From Welwitschia mirabilis (Eukaryota): a stretch of DNA of 45,952 bases. This document shows, piece by piece, positions 1 through 12,909 of the stretch. Under the pieces are notes generated by a model. The model had not been told where the DNA came from. It saw nothing but the letters and a program-made list of their open reading frames with translations, and made no database searches. Location of the stretch: contig JBOZIK010000001.1 in the NCBI GenBank assembly GCA_051453625.1, forward strand, positions 37,768,064 through 37,814,015, written 5' to 3'. Position 1 is the stretch's first letter. Every line of letters starts with the position of its first letter. A program made the translations under genes and the position numbers.

Positions 1-1099
1 AAAAATACTTCAATTACAATTAAAAATATATATTACATAAAATTCTACCATACTTAAATTATTTTGGATTTTCAAATGAGCATTAACTAAATTGATCTAG
101 CTTAGCCAATTCTTATACACCTTTAAGTTTTCATTAATTAAATAGAATCAAGTAAGCAATTCACAACTGAAGTTGTGAATCAGTTCTTACATCCTATTTA
201 ATCTCTTTTGTAAATAAATCAAGCCATGAGCTTTGGTCAAGTTAACTAACTATCCAACTAATAACCAAGGCTATCACTTAATTTTTAAGTTAAATTTAAC
301 CTTATCCTTAGGCTTAATCTATTTACTTCTTCATGCTGCAACACTCATTAAATTTTGTGATATAACCATTGACCAATTATTCCATTCCAATTTCCTATAG
401 TAATAAATAATAAAAATAATGATTATAAAGGAGTATTTAGAAATAAAAGCTTGTAAAGATTAGAATTTCATTACAAAATTTGCCTTCGTATTATGTATTG
501 AATATGATGTAATATATTTTATGTGAAGTCATGCTCATTAGAAGGTACATAATAGGATGTAATGTTAACTATTATAGATTACTGAAATACAACCACCTTA
601 GATTTATTTTAATGATTATTTTTATAATGAGCTTCTTATTATTAGAATTATAGTGGGAACCATTTAAGTTTTTATCCATTCATGATAGATATATGCAATA
701 ATAAAATCATGTTATTCCATGATACACATTACGGACTTGGAAATTTTGAAAAGTATCTTATCATTATAATGAGACAGGTATCTAGCCAATGATGTAAATT
801 GAATTCTATTTAGGTTAAATACAATCTAATGAAATTCTAGGTAATGTTTTAGAAATTTGATTATTTACTAGGAACTAGAAAATCTTAGGTTTACGGGAAC
901 TGATGGACCAAAAATTTNNNNNNNNNNATTAAAAATAATACATTTTATGGATAGTTATAAGTTATAGACAAGTAAATTAATATTTATTCAATAAAAATAA
1001 TTGCAGTTATGTTTGGTAATAATGTATTAGATTATATTAACAATTAGACTATCACAAGAAAATGTATTATAAATAAATTTATTATTAGAAATTTAATGT

Positions 1100-2694
1100 T
1101 TATTTCTGACACCTTCTCTTTTCTTACCTTAATTAAGCATTATTTTTTTTCTCATTTTCTTGTTTCTTCATTCCTTCTTTAATATTATCATCTAATAGAT
1201 ACAACAAAACCTAGGATTAAATGTTACTTATTATTTTATTAGCATTTTTATATTATAAGAAAAAATCATATTAATATTATATACTTACATATAATTATTT
1301 TCTTGATTATTTTGTTGTACAAAAAATAGTGATGTTATAAGTTTGTGTTCTCCATTTCTTTCTAACTTTCATCACATAGAAAGATATCTTATAAATAGTT
1401 GAAGGGATGTAAACTTGTTATAAAACATACATGGATAAGTTTAAGGATGATACTTAACTAGTATAATAGGAGATTGTACTCCTATTAAGTATTCAAACTT
1501 GATATTCAGCCACCCTCTGGACATGAGTTGATTCTACTTTAGGTTCTAAACTATACAAAAATAGTCAGGCTTAACTTCATAGGCTTACACTTCACCTTGG
1601 TATACCTCCAATGTAGGTGACAAGTGGTATGTGAGGTAGATGCATGCTTAAAAATAATATCCACTTCCTTAAAACATCTCTGGATGATGCAACATAATCC
1701 ATTGATGCAAAGGGCTTGAGANNNNNNNNNNNNNNNNNNNNNNNNNNNNNNNNNNNNNNNNNNNNNNNNNNNNNNNNNNNNNNNNNNNNNNNNNNNNNNN
1801 NNNNNNNNNNNNNNNNNNNNNNNNNNNNNNNNNNNNNNNNNNNNNNNNNNNNNNNNNNNNNNNNNNNNNNNNNNNNNNNNNNNNNNNNNNNNNNNNNNNN
1901 NNNNNNNNNNNNNNNNNNNNNNNNNNNNNNNNNNNNNNNNNNNNNNNNNNNNNNNNNNNNNNNNNNNNNNNNNNNNNNNNNNNNNNNNNNNNNNNNNNNN
2001 NNNNNNNNNNNNNNNNNNNNNNNNNNNNNNNNNNNNNNNNNNNNNNNNNNNNNNNNNNNNNNNNNNNNNNNNNNNNNNNNNNNNNNNNNNNNNNNNNNNN
2101 NNNNNNNNNNNNNNNNNNNNNNNNNNNNNNNNNNNNNNNNNNNNNNNNNNNNNNNNNNNNNNNNNNNNNNNNNNNNNNNNNNNNNNNNNNNNNNNNNNNN
2201 NNNNNNNNNNNNNNNNNNNNNNNNNNNNNNNNNNNNNNNNNNNNNNNNNNNNNNNNNNNNNNNNNNNNNNNNNNNNNNNNNNNNNNNNNNNNNNNNNNNN
2301 NNNNNNNNNNNNNNNNNNNNNNNNNNNNNNNNNNNNNNNNNNNNNNNNNNNNNNNNNNNNNNNNNNNNNNNNNNNNNNNNNNNNNNNNNNNNNNNNNNNN
2401 NNNNNNNNNNNNNNNNNNNNNNNNNNNNNNNNNNNNNNNNNNNGCTTGAGATATTAAGTCAAAGAAATTTCATACATTACCAGGGTAGGAGATGAGTGAT
2501 CAAATCCACTTCCAAAGGGGTTTTATTAAAAAGAAAAAAAATGTAATGCAATCCATCTTAGATATGAAATCTAGGTATGGGGATGATCATTATTGGGATT
2601 ATCTTGATTTAGTCCTTTTTAATAAATAAACCACACAAATGCATGCATACAGTTCTAACTAATGTGGATATTTAATGGATTATTTACTTAGTTA
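1100..2694. repeat. Unclassified dispersed repeat, copy 1 (interrupted by 722-N gap; ends at 100-N gap)
   Basis: Colinear similarity to 5775-6607, e.g. ataaatagttgaagggatgtaaacttgttataaaacatacat vs ataaatagttgaggagatgtaaacttgttataaacatacat, and ctaatgtggatatttaatggattatttacttagtta in both copies. Confidence 0.9.
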
Positions 2695-5600
2695 NNNNNN
2701 NNNNNNNNNNNNNNNNNNNNNNNNNNNNNNNNNNNNNNNNNNNNNNNNNNNNNNNNNNNNNNNNNNNNNNNNNNNNNNNNNNNNNNNNNNNNNNTTCACC
2801 TAACCACACCTACATGGACATAACTTAGTGACATACAACTAAGCTTATTATTGGTTAATACTCTAACCAAAGTCTTATGCTTTGTTAGTATATCATGGAA
2901 GTCTCATACTTGACCTAAGGGCAGAGTTTGAGTGGATTTTTAAAAATAGATAAGATGTTCTGTATGATCGAATTCATGAAAAATAGGTAGCATAACTTGT
3001 ATAGCAAGGTTACATGACTTAACAAGTGGATGTATTATAAGGGTGTTTGATTGTACTACCTTGTAAGAGGGAGTGTGCTACACATTAGACTAGGTTATCA
3101 CATGTTGTTAACTCCATAATTTCCTAATTCAAAACCTAATTCCATTTTATAATTAGCTTGAAATTGAATGACAATATATGGTTTAACCCTTATTTGGATC
3201 ATTCCAAGCACACAATGGATTATACATGTTTCATTAGTTGCACATATTAAATTATAGCCTAGCTATCAATAAGATAAAATTGGATATTTTTAGTTAATAT
3301 AGAAGTTTGAATTCTTTTTGGAATTCTTTTTCTTTCTAAATTTAGACTTAATTGAATACATGTCCATACATTACTGTCACTTCTTCAGTATTATGATATT
3401 TGCCTTTTAGCAAATTTGCATTCATCTTTTTCCATACATAGCTCTATTCTAGCTGACAGAGGAACCACATGTACAATTGGGGTTAGATTGTGTTAGTAAT
3501 CGAATATTTTTTTTTTCCTGGTTTACTGACCTTTACCTTCCACTCACCTTGTGATGGGTTCTTGGTTATGAACATCACAAGCTTCATTATTATATCTTTT
3601 CTATAGCATAGCAATATGTTGTACATTTTGTCACTTGTATTACATTGCAATGAATTAAACTTCTGTAAGCATGTTTCTATGGACTTGATTGTCTAATTTT
3701 TTATTATATGATTGAGAGGCCTACTCACAAATGCTACTAATGACATTGGACAAATATTTTTGTATGTTTGCAATCTTTTTTAGACTAGTAAAATATAAGC
3801 TAGAGTATACTAGGATTAACAATCAAGAATTTCATACTATCTTGTTTAGATATGTGCTTCCTATTTCTTAACTGTTGCTATCATGTCTATAAATTTGTGC
3901 ATTACTGTTGTTAAAGAATATTATTATTTTATGATATCTGACAAAGCACAAGATCAAGGGAAAGTTTTTCAAAATCACACTATCAAGCTATCTAAAAAAA
4001 GGGGTTGAAAGTGCCTTAAGAATAGGGATATTTCCTTTTATTTTAGATGGTTCTTATGTGCATATGCATTTTATTTTATAATGAAATTTTGTGTTATACT
4101 AAGCAGTGATAGTTAATTCATCACTTATCTTTTAGTTTTTAATGTCTTGTCATTTCATGGCAGATGGGAGATTTGATTAGCAAAATCATGTTTTAGGTGT
4201 AGTGTGCCATTAAATTTTGGCACTATTATGAGCAATGTGCTAGTCAGCAAATGACAAAGATGGAGACTTTAAGGGTTGATAGAGTTGCAATTTGGTGTCA
4301 GTTTTACTTTAAATGGTTACCACAACTCAAAGGTCTTCCCTAGTCATATGTTTCAGGTCATAAGGATTCCATAAGTTTCTCACATGGTTTGACCTAAATC
4401 TAATACATGCTCCATATAGCTCATGAGAATAGAAGTGCTTGAAACTGATTCATGGCATATGACTTTGCTTAATTAGTTCTTATGTATAAATAGGTCATGA
4501 TAGTGACTTACTATCCATTTGACTTATTTCCAAGATACAGTGTATGAGGTTTTATCATTGCTTTCTAGGTGTTCAAAATGAAATTCAAAATTTTATAGAA
4601 CTTCATGTTTCAAAATCTATTACAAAGCAAGAGAAAATTTATTTCATTAAAGCTAGACCCAATGTTATGACCTATTGAAGCTTGTTGAAAATTGCATATG
4701 TCCATGCCTTGTTAGCGCTTTTTACTTCATACTTTAGAATCTTAGTCTAATTTTAAAATTTAGTTTTGTATCATTGTAAGGTTATTATTATGATAAGTAA
4801 TTTGATATTCATTTCACAAAAAATTGTACCAGGACATGGGATGTCACAATGACATAAAACAATGTTGACATAACCTAAGGCTTATGATCGTGATGATGTG
4901 GCAATGGCCTATTGCAGCCAAACATGAGTAATGATAGTGTCAATGATAATTAGGTTTACAAGTCACAATAAATGGCAAACAACATGCAGCCACATGGAAA
5001 TAAAGAAAGCAAGATATGTCATGATTTAAGGACTCAAAGGCCAAATGATTAGATTGGACACAATGATATGATGTAGCCATCTTGGAATACCATGTTTAAT
5101 TTTTTATTTAATCTTATATAATGTTTGAATTTGGCTATGTGAATGAGGATTTAAGATTGCCTTATTTTGATTGCATGCCAAGTGAAACATGAAAGTGGAC
5201 ACACAAACTACAACATTGAATTGGAAAATCAATTGACATTACTATTATATTCAAATTGTTATGATCATAATAAACATCAACATGTTTATGAATGATCTCA
5301 ATTGGTTTTATAAATTTCTCACATTAATCTCATATTACATGTGAAAGAAAATAGAGAGTAGAATATAGAGAAAACAAAAACTATGGAGATGTAAGGGAAC
5401 TTGTGGGCTGGTTATTTCCATTCTCACATTAGGTTAACCTTAAAAGAACATGAAAATAATGAAAAGAATGAAAACAAGATGGGAAAGAAGGGGTATTAAT
5501 GACTACGACTGCATCTAAGTCCACATTCCTTTTCTAAAGAAGACCTAAAACTTGATCGCACTTGATTAGAAGTTTTTTAACAATTTAAAACACCATTATC

Positions 5601-5774
5601 ATATCTTTTCTATAACAAAGTATAATGGTGCATTTCTTTTATAATATGTGCATCATATTTGATTAAGTTAGACTTGTATATATGAAATTAAAAATGTTTT
5701 TTATGGACTTATTATCCCATTATTTATTATATTTCCTAATAGAACTAAACACTTACTTTATATTTTGATAATTG

Positions 5775-6607
5775 TATTGTGACACTCCATTTTTTCCTTA
5801 GTCTAATTAAGCACTATTTTTTTTAATATCTACCTTCATTCTTTAACAATATTACTTGATAGGCATAGTAGAACCTAGAATTAAATTTTATTTATTAGCA
5901 TTTTTATATTTTGAGAAAAACAAATCATCTTATTATTATATATTTATCTATAATTAATTCCTAGGTTATTTTGATTCACAAACAATAGCGATGTCATAAG
6001 TTTGTATCCCCAAATTTTTTCTAGATTTTCATCATATAGATGATATTTTATAAATAGTTGAGGAGATGTAAACTTGTTATAAACATACATGAATAAGTTT
6101 AAAATAATACCTAACCAATATAATAAGAGGTTATAACTCCCATGAATGGCATTTCAACTCAATATCCAGCCACCCTTTCAATATGAGCTGGTTCTACTTC
6201 AGACTCTAAATTATATAAACATAGTTGGGCTTAACTTTATAGGCTTACGCTTTAGTTCTATATGCCTTCAATATAGGTAACGTGTAGTATGTGAGGTGGG
6301 TGCATGCTTACAAATGACCTCCACTTTCTTGAAACATTTCCAAATGTGCAACATGATCCATCGATGCCAAGGGCTAGCAATATTAAGTTGGAGTAAATTC
6401 ACATATCAATAAGATAGGAGAGTAATGATTAAATTCACTTCCAAGAGGATATTATAATAAAAAGAATGTAATGCAATCCATCTTGATGAGGACATCGATA
6501 AACATTATTATGATTATCTTGATTTAGTCTCATTCAATGAATACACACACAAATGCATGCATATAATTCTAGCTAATGTGGATATTTAATGGATTATTTA
6601 CTTAGTT
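5775..6607. repeat. Unclassified dispersed repeat, copy 2 (ungapped)
   Basis: Direct-orientation homolog of 1100-2694 differing mainly by transitions. No coding motif recognised; probably non-coding TE (LTR/UTR) sequence. Confidence 0.9.
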
Positions 6608-8116
6608 ATAATAATTCTAATAATCATTAGGTTGATTTTATAAAAACAATTATAAAAGAGAAAACAAGCATTCTAGAACATCTCTATATTTAAAATTATA
6701 GTAATGAAAATTTAAATAAAGAAAATATTATTTTATTTTCTTTCTTTTAATAACACTAACAAACTTCAAAATGTATCAAATTTTATCTTAATAATGTACT
6801 TAATGAAACTAATCCATACTTGGAGCTATGCTAATCCTGGTAGCATTCTTCCATGCTTACATGACAATCTCCATTGTGTAAAGAAGATAAATAAATAAAT
6901 ATAATTTAAAAATAGTTATTAAGATATAATTCTTTATACACGATTCATATAGTTATATTATAAGTTAAACAAATAAGTGATAAATCAAGGACTATCTATG
7001 TTACTTAAACTACTAAGGTGAAAATTCTTATAACCATGTACATTCAAAGTAAGATAAAGGAAAAAGGTCAAAGAGATATTTCTCTAAATAAAATATTATT
7101 CCTAAGTAAATTTGACTTAATGCTATTAATAGAAACTTATCTTTTACACTTAAATTACCAATAAAGTTTTATGTCATAATTTTTCTATAATTTAATGAGC
7201 TATCATAATAAAAAATTTGATAATTAATTAATTATGAAGAAAAATAAATTAGAATAGTTTTTCATAAATTAGATTCATAATAGGATCCTTAGAAAATAAC
7301 TTAAGCTATTCTAGAATTCTAAAAATATTATTTCTAAGGTTATGATTGAAGGTTAAAAACTATCAAATTTTCTAAAACTATAGTGCTACTACACTACTTA
7401 AAATAATCCTACCTTTCAAAATACTTTGAGTTTTTTAAATGAATTAAGATGTTTTGGAAAGCTTACTTAATTCCATGCAACTTAGGATGCTCAATGTTTT
7501 AGATATTTTAACTACTACTTATAAAAATGTAATTTAATTGCTTACTATTTTTTGCATTTATTTTCTAACATATTTTAACAAATAAATTTCTTAAAAATTA
7601 TTACACATTAGAAAAATTATTGTTTTTACATTTTCACAATAATAACATAATTCTAGACTTACAAAAACATTTTCACTAATTTATACCTATTAATTAACAA
7701 GCTAAGATGTTTTTAATAGATGCCTTTATTCTAGAGATTTAATTTTCACTATAAAAAATATGGTAAAGTTTAATGATGAATATAATAATTATTTATGGAA
7801 TATCTTAAACTAAATTTAATAATTTAAATTATTTTAGAAAGAAAAATCAAATCAAATAAAAAAAACCATTTAGTATAAGCATTAGGATTTCCATAAAAGA
7901 GTACAAGCCTAAAAGAGCTTTTTGAGGATTAGACCTTTGCCCCTAGTAAGATGGATCCAATGCATAATGGATAAGAATAAAATCTTAAAATAAACATGGG
8001 TACCCAAATTTCATTTTTTTTTCTTTTTATAGTGAACCCACTGGTTTCTTGGCCATAATCATCTATTAGTAACCTCCATCACCAAGCATAAGAGACCTCT
8101 CATATCTCTCTAGAAC

Positions 8117-8132
8117 ATATATATATATATAT
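8117..8132. repeat. (AT)8 microsatellite
   Basis: atatatatatatatat seen directly. Confidence 0.9.
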
Positions 8133-8307
8133 TTAGTGTTTTAAGGTAACCATAACAATGGCCTAATGCAATATATCATCACTCTTAGAATATTTAAAAA
8201 ATATCATATGGATGACATGAGTAAAAAGCTTACTTAAAAAGTTTAGTAAGTTCTTGACAATTGAAGACTAATGAAGATCCACGTTTAAGAATCCTTAACT
8301 CCAAGCT

Positions 8308-9395
8308 ATTAGAAATGACTATCCTAGAGAGGAGTGTTGAATAAGATAGCTAAGCTAATTTTTACAATTTGAAAACTTAACTCTACATTTACTTAATATG
8401 AATTTTCAACCAAATAACTAAGTTTAAGTCTCAATTTAATTATGATAATAATTCATATATTTCTATAAAGACAAAACATTACTTTCTCATAAAATACACT
8501 ATATAATAAATAAGAACAAGGACAATGTATAGAAAACAAGCCTAATTTCCTTATTCCAATGTAGCCTCTAACTGCACATTAATAAAACTTTACAGTAGTT
8601 CTTCACCAAGACAATTGGGATTTTATATTAATTCTTAGCATTAATTATAAGCTAAATCCTTAACTTGTAGTCATAATATAATGTCGATAAATATTGGAAG
8701 GAGAGATAGAGACTATGATTATAATGAAAGAACCATGGACAATTTGACAAAAGAAGACAATTAATACAAATACCTAGTTATATATAGAAGATAGATTATA
8801 ACTATTATAGGGCACTAGAATGAATGAAAGTGATTATTAGGGTCTTGGAAATGGATTGGAATCCCTAGGAAATTTTGGAATGGTTGATACTAGTTCTTAA
8901 TAGATAGATTTACACTAATCATTAGCTTGATGATCGATTCCTATAAGCTAGACGTCAACCCCTTTTGTTACATTCATCTTTTATAAAGTGGATGGTTCGC
9001 CTCAGGTTTAGAGCTAGTTAACCCTTGATGTTATGTTCTTAATATTATCTATGGTTTGTCAACCCACTGAATTGCTAGATCAATCTAGATGATTGAATTA
9101 TTTGTCACATGTGGTAGATTCCTTATTGACATGATTAGAAATTTATGAGTATCAAGTAGTTAATCCCTTAAAGAATGCTGATTATCTATCTAGGCATTTT
9201 TCAACATTTCAATTATCCGATCAATCTAGGCTTACTTAATGATTTGTCTAACTTGAATGATGTTTGTATCAAATCCAATGTAGTCTTTAGAACGACTCTA
9301 ATGAATATCCAGTATTGACTTAAAAATACTATCATTTTATTACTTCACCAGATATTATTTAGCATGTCATCAATAGATAACTAAGAGATGTAATA
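8308..9395 (-). repeat. 3' LTR of element A (approximate ends)
   Basis: Begins after the degenerate terminal PPT (rc aaagagaaaat, 9397-9407) and ends at the SIRE-type terminal motif near 8310-8345. Contains repeated GTCAAC/GTTAAC/GATCAA motifs at ~8930-9260. Confidence 0.7.
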
Positions 9396-9396
9396 A

Positions 9397-9484
9397 ATTT
9401 TCTCTTTGTTATTGATGATAACCAAATTAACAATGTTACTCTTATTCATTAAGATAGTTATCCCCCTAAGTGAGTGCTCCCCCT
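9397..9484 (-). promoter_or_regulatory. Multiple polypurine tracts of element A
   Basis: rc agggggag (9477-9484), aggggga (9461-9467) and tcatcaataacaaagagaaaat next to the LTR; a multiple-PPT arrangement is a Sirevirus signature. Confidence 0.75.
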
Positions 9485-9829
9485 AAATACATATATTTAC
9501 TAATAAAATCAGTTTATACTATATTGATTATTGAAATGCATAAAAAGCAAGAAAATTCTCACCTTAATGATGTGCTAAAGATATCAAATAATTTCAAGCT
9601 GTCAAAAAAAATGTAAAGCTAATAGACATGTTATCATAATTGAATAAAGTTGTAATACATGTCATGTCCATAATAAAATAAAACATCTCACTACATACTA
9701 ATATAAAAAACACAACACTATATAATAATACTATTTCTATCTTCCCTTTTATAATCAATGAAAATAGGATTGTAATAAATGAGTAAGTAGAATTGAAATC
9801 ATAGATTCTAATCAAACTCATTAGAGTGA

Positions 9830-11870
9830 TGTGTGGTGATAGGAGCTACAACTAATGGTATGCTGTGATGATCTTATAAGGGATGAAGGAGTAGACATGA
9901 TGGCTGATGATAAAATAGGTAGAGTGGAAATGGAACTCTATGGAGTGATGAGGCCAATGAATATAAATCAAGGATGCATATACTAGAATGATGCTCTAAG
10001 TTTAGGACATGATGATAAAGGCTCCTATGGAGATGAAGGATAAGATGGTGCTGGTGGATCCTCTATTTGCCTAAGTGATGGAGTAGGTTCCTCCTGCTAC
10101 ATCTTCTTCTCCTCCTCTAAGTTCTCTTTTTTATCTCCCTCCTTAAAATCCTTATTATCCTCTTCCTCTTCATCATCTAATACCTCATCTAATTCCTTTT
10201 ACTTAGGAATCCTAGTATGAAGAAATGTGAGAAGATCCATCATTAGGTTTGTAGGTTCTTTAGAGCATGTAACATAAGAATGATAGGATGAAGAAGATGC
10301 ATGGGAGAACTCTGTTCCTTTATCATGTAAGGGTTTCTGAATAGGATCTACCTCAAACAAGTGCATGCAAGACAATGTAGAATAGTTGAAAGGTNNNNNN
10401 NNNNNNNNNNNNNNNNNNNNNNNNNNNNNNNNNNNNNNNNNNNNNNNNNNNNNNNNNNNNNNNNNNNNNNNNNNNNNNNNNNNNNNNNNNNNNNNNNNNN
10501 NNNNNNNNNNNNNNNNNNNNNNNNNNNNNNNNNNNNNNNNNNNNNNNNNNNNNNNNNNNNNNNNNNNNNNNNNNNNNNNNNNNNNNNNNNNNNNNNNNNN
10601 NNNNNNNNNNNNNNNNNNNNNNNNNNNNNNNNNNNNNNNNNNNNNNNNNNNNNNNNNNNNNNNNNNNNNNNNNNNNNNNNNNNNNNNNNNNNNNNNNNNN
10701 NNNNNNNNNNNNNNNNNNNNNNNNNNNNNNNNNNNNNNNNNNNNNNNNNNNNNNNNNNNNNNNNNNNNNNNNNNNNNNNNNNNNNNNNNNNNNNNNNNNN
10801 NNNNNNNNNNNNNNNNNNNNNNNNNNNNNNNNNNNNNNNNNNNNNNNNNNNNNNNNNNNNNNNNNNNNNNNNNNNNNNNNNNNNNNNNNNNNNNNNNNNN
10901 NNNNNNNNNNNNNNNNNNNNNNNNNNNNNNNNNNNNNNNNNNNNNNNNNNNNNNNNNNNNNNNNNNNNNNNNNNNNNNNNNNNNNNNNNNNNNNNNNNNN
11001 NNNNNNNNNNNNNNNNNNNNNNNNNNNNNNNNNNNNNNNNNNNNNNNNNNNNNNNNNNNNNNNNNNNNNNNNNNNNNNNNNNNNNNNNNNNNNNNNNNNN
11101 NNNNNNNNNNNNNNNNNNNNNNGTAACATTGTGCTACAATAGAGGTATACAGAAGTGGTGGCATAATTCCATAATTAAAACCCCATATTAAAGAGTCTTG
11201 TTCTCAAACTAAATGGTGTGCACTAGAAATTTGATGGTAATGAGTGTTGCATCAATATTTTACAATGAATAAATCCAATGAAGAAACCTAAGACTATAAA
11301 TGATGACATCATCCCTATGTCCATCAAAAGGAAGAAGGATGTACTTAAAATTAAGTGTAAAACTTTGTACAGTGCAATCAGATGTGTGGCTCTGAAGGTA
11401 ATCGAGGACTCCCAATCAAAATCAGCATTGTAAAGATATAAACATGCTAAAATCATTGAAAGTAATCAAATTCTAAGAACAAAAAATTAAAAAGTCCACC
11501 ATATGGAATATGGAGAACTTGAGAAATAGTGCCTTATGTTACCCTAAAATCAACACATAAGATCATGGTCTTTAATATTGAGTCATGGATGGATATGATC
11601 TTAATATTGATATAAAATAAGGTAGCCACCTTTGAAAAATGACTTCTGGACAAGGTGCCAATAGAGGTTCCCACTCTTGATACCCAAAGATCTATTCCAC
11701 TGAAAGGTAAAGAGATTTAAATTTTACTATTTGGATTTCCCTTTCTTTGAGCATGTCTTAGATTTAAAATCATTGTTAGAGTGCATCCATGTCTGATTAT
11801 CCATGTGGGTGAATAGATTTACCTATCTAGAGATAGAGGCTTCAGCCTCCTTTGCCTTCATAAAGCATGA
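9830..11870 (-). pseudogene. Sirevirus env-like (extra 3') ORF of element A, disrupted; spans 728-N gap
   Basis: Minus translation DGHRDDVIIYSLRFLHWIYSL*NIDATLITIKFLVHTI*FENKTL*YGVLIMELCHHF ... PFNYSTLSCMHLF aligns with element B ORF AGHYDESSCYRAYLMYL...INALIIILKNM...TLPYSMLITSIYHHF...PIRHATLFRMHIF. Acidic and Pro/Ser-rich C-terminal tail at ~9830-10200. Confidence 0.75.
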
Positions 11871-12909
11871 AAGTCTGAAAATCATCTACACTTAAATCAC
11901 ATTGTTAGAACCATTGATAAGAATATAAAATCATTAATATAATTCTAAAAAATATACTAATATAAATAGACAGTGCCAAAACACACATCATATGGTGATA
12001 ATATATCATAAAAATAAATTAATGTGAAATTTTGCATAAAAGATTGAAATGAATGTGACAAGGTTAAGAAAATATGTTGATTAATATCATACATATAGGA
12101 ATTGAAAATAATGAGATACATACAATCTAATGGATGAATCAAACTTGTTAATATATATAATTAGATCACAAAACAAAAAAAAATTCACTAAAAAGATTTA
12201 ACAGTTCATGAAGGAATGAAAAGAATGAGGAAAAACTAGTTTGAATTTAGCTAATGAGAATGCAAAAAGGAAAAACAAAACAAAAATGTAGAAATAATGA
12301 ACAAGAAATGAGATACATTTAAAAAATTTAAAATTATAAATAAACTTTAATCAAACCTATGAATCGTTAGGCAGTGCTAAAAAAGAGTAAAGGAATGATG
12401 CTCAAAGATGATTAGATTCCTTTAAAAAGTTAAGAAAAAAGCTAAACTATCCTTTTTCAAGGTTAAAGAGCACTAGAAGGTGAATAGAAGAGAGTAAAAT
12501 AAAGACAATAAATACGAACCGTACCTTAAATTTATAGAATGATGTGGACTAATAGTGGATGATCAACCCCTAGGGTTTAGCTGGTTGACCATTTCAAAGA
12601 GACTAATACAACTTTAATCAAGGATATTTAATGTTTAAACATAAGCCAACTAGCTCAATCAACCCATTAAAACATAGATCAACTAACTAAATACTTAAAA
12701 ACAATGACAAGAAGTGTGGTTCACTTAATAAATCACCCATTAGGATCAACCACCTATAAGAGTAGGTTGATCCTTTAATAAAGCTTTAAAGTTATGAAAA
12801 ATTAAAAAATAAGGTTAGATTCTAAATTAAGAAAAAAAGATAAGAAAGTATAGAATTGAAGACAATAAGGAATATGATATAGATTAGAAAGAATAAAGTT
12901 TTGAAGGAC

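Noticed and set aside
1490..1720. Faint CACTA transposase-like words on the minus strand (HLHWRY, SCPEGG)
   Set aside because: Spacing does not fit the family motif and the words are not preserved in the paralogous copy.
1716..2495. 259-aa ORF, and likewise the ORFs spanning 10199-11191, 33889-34098 and 45248-45508
   Set aside because: Open mainly because they run through N gaps.
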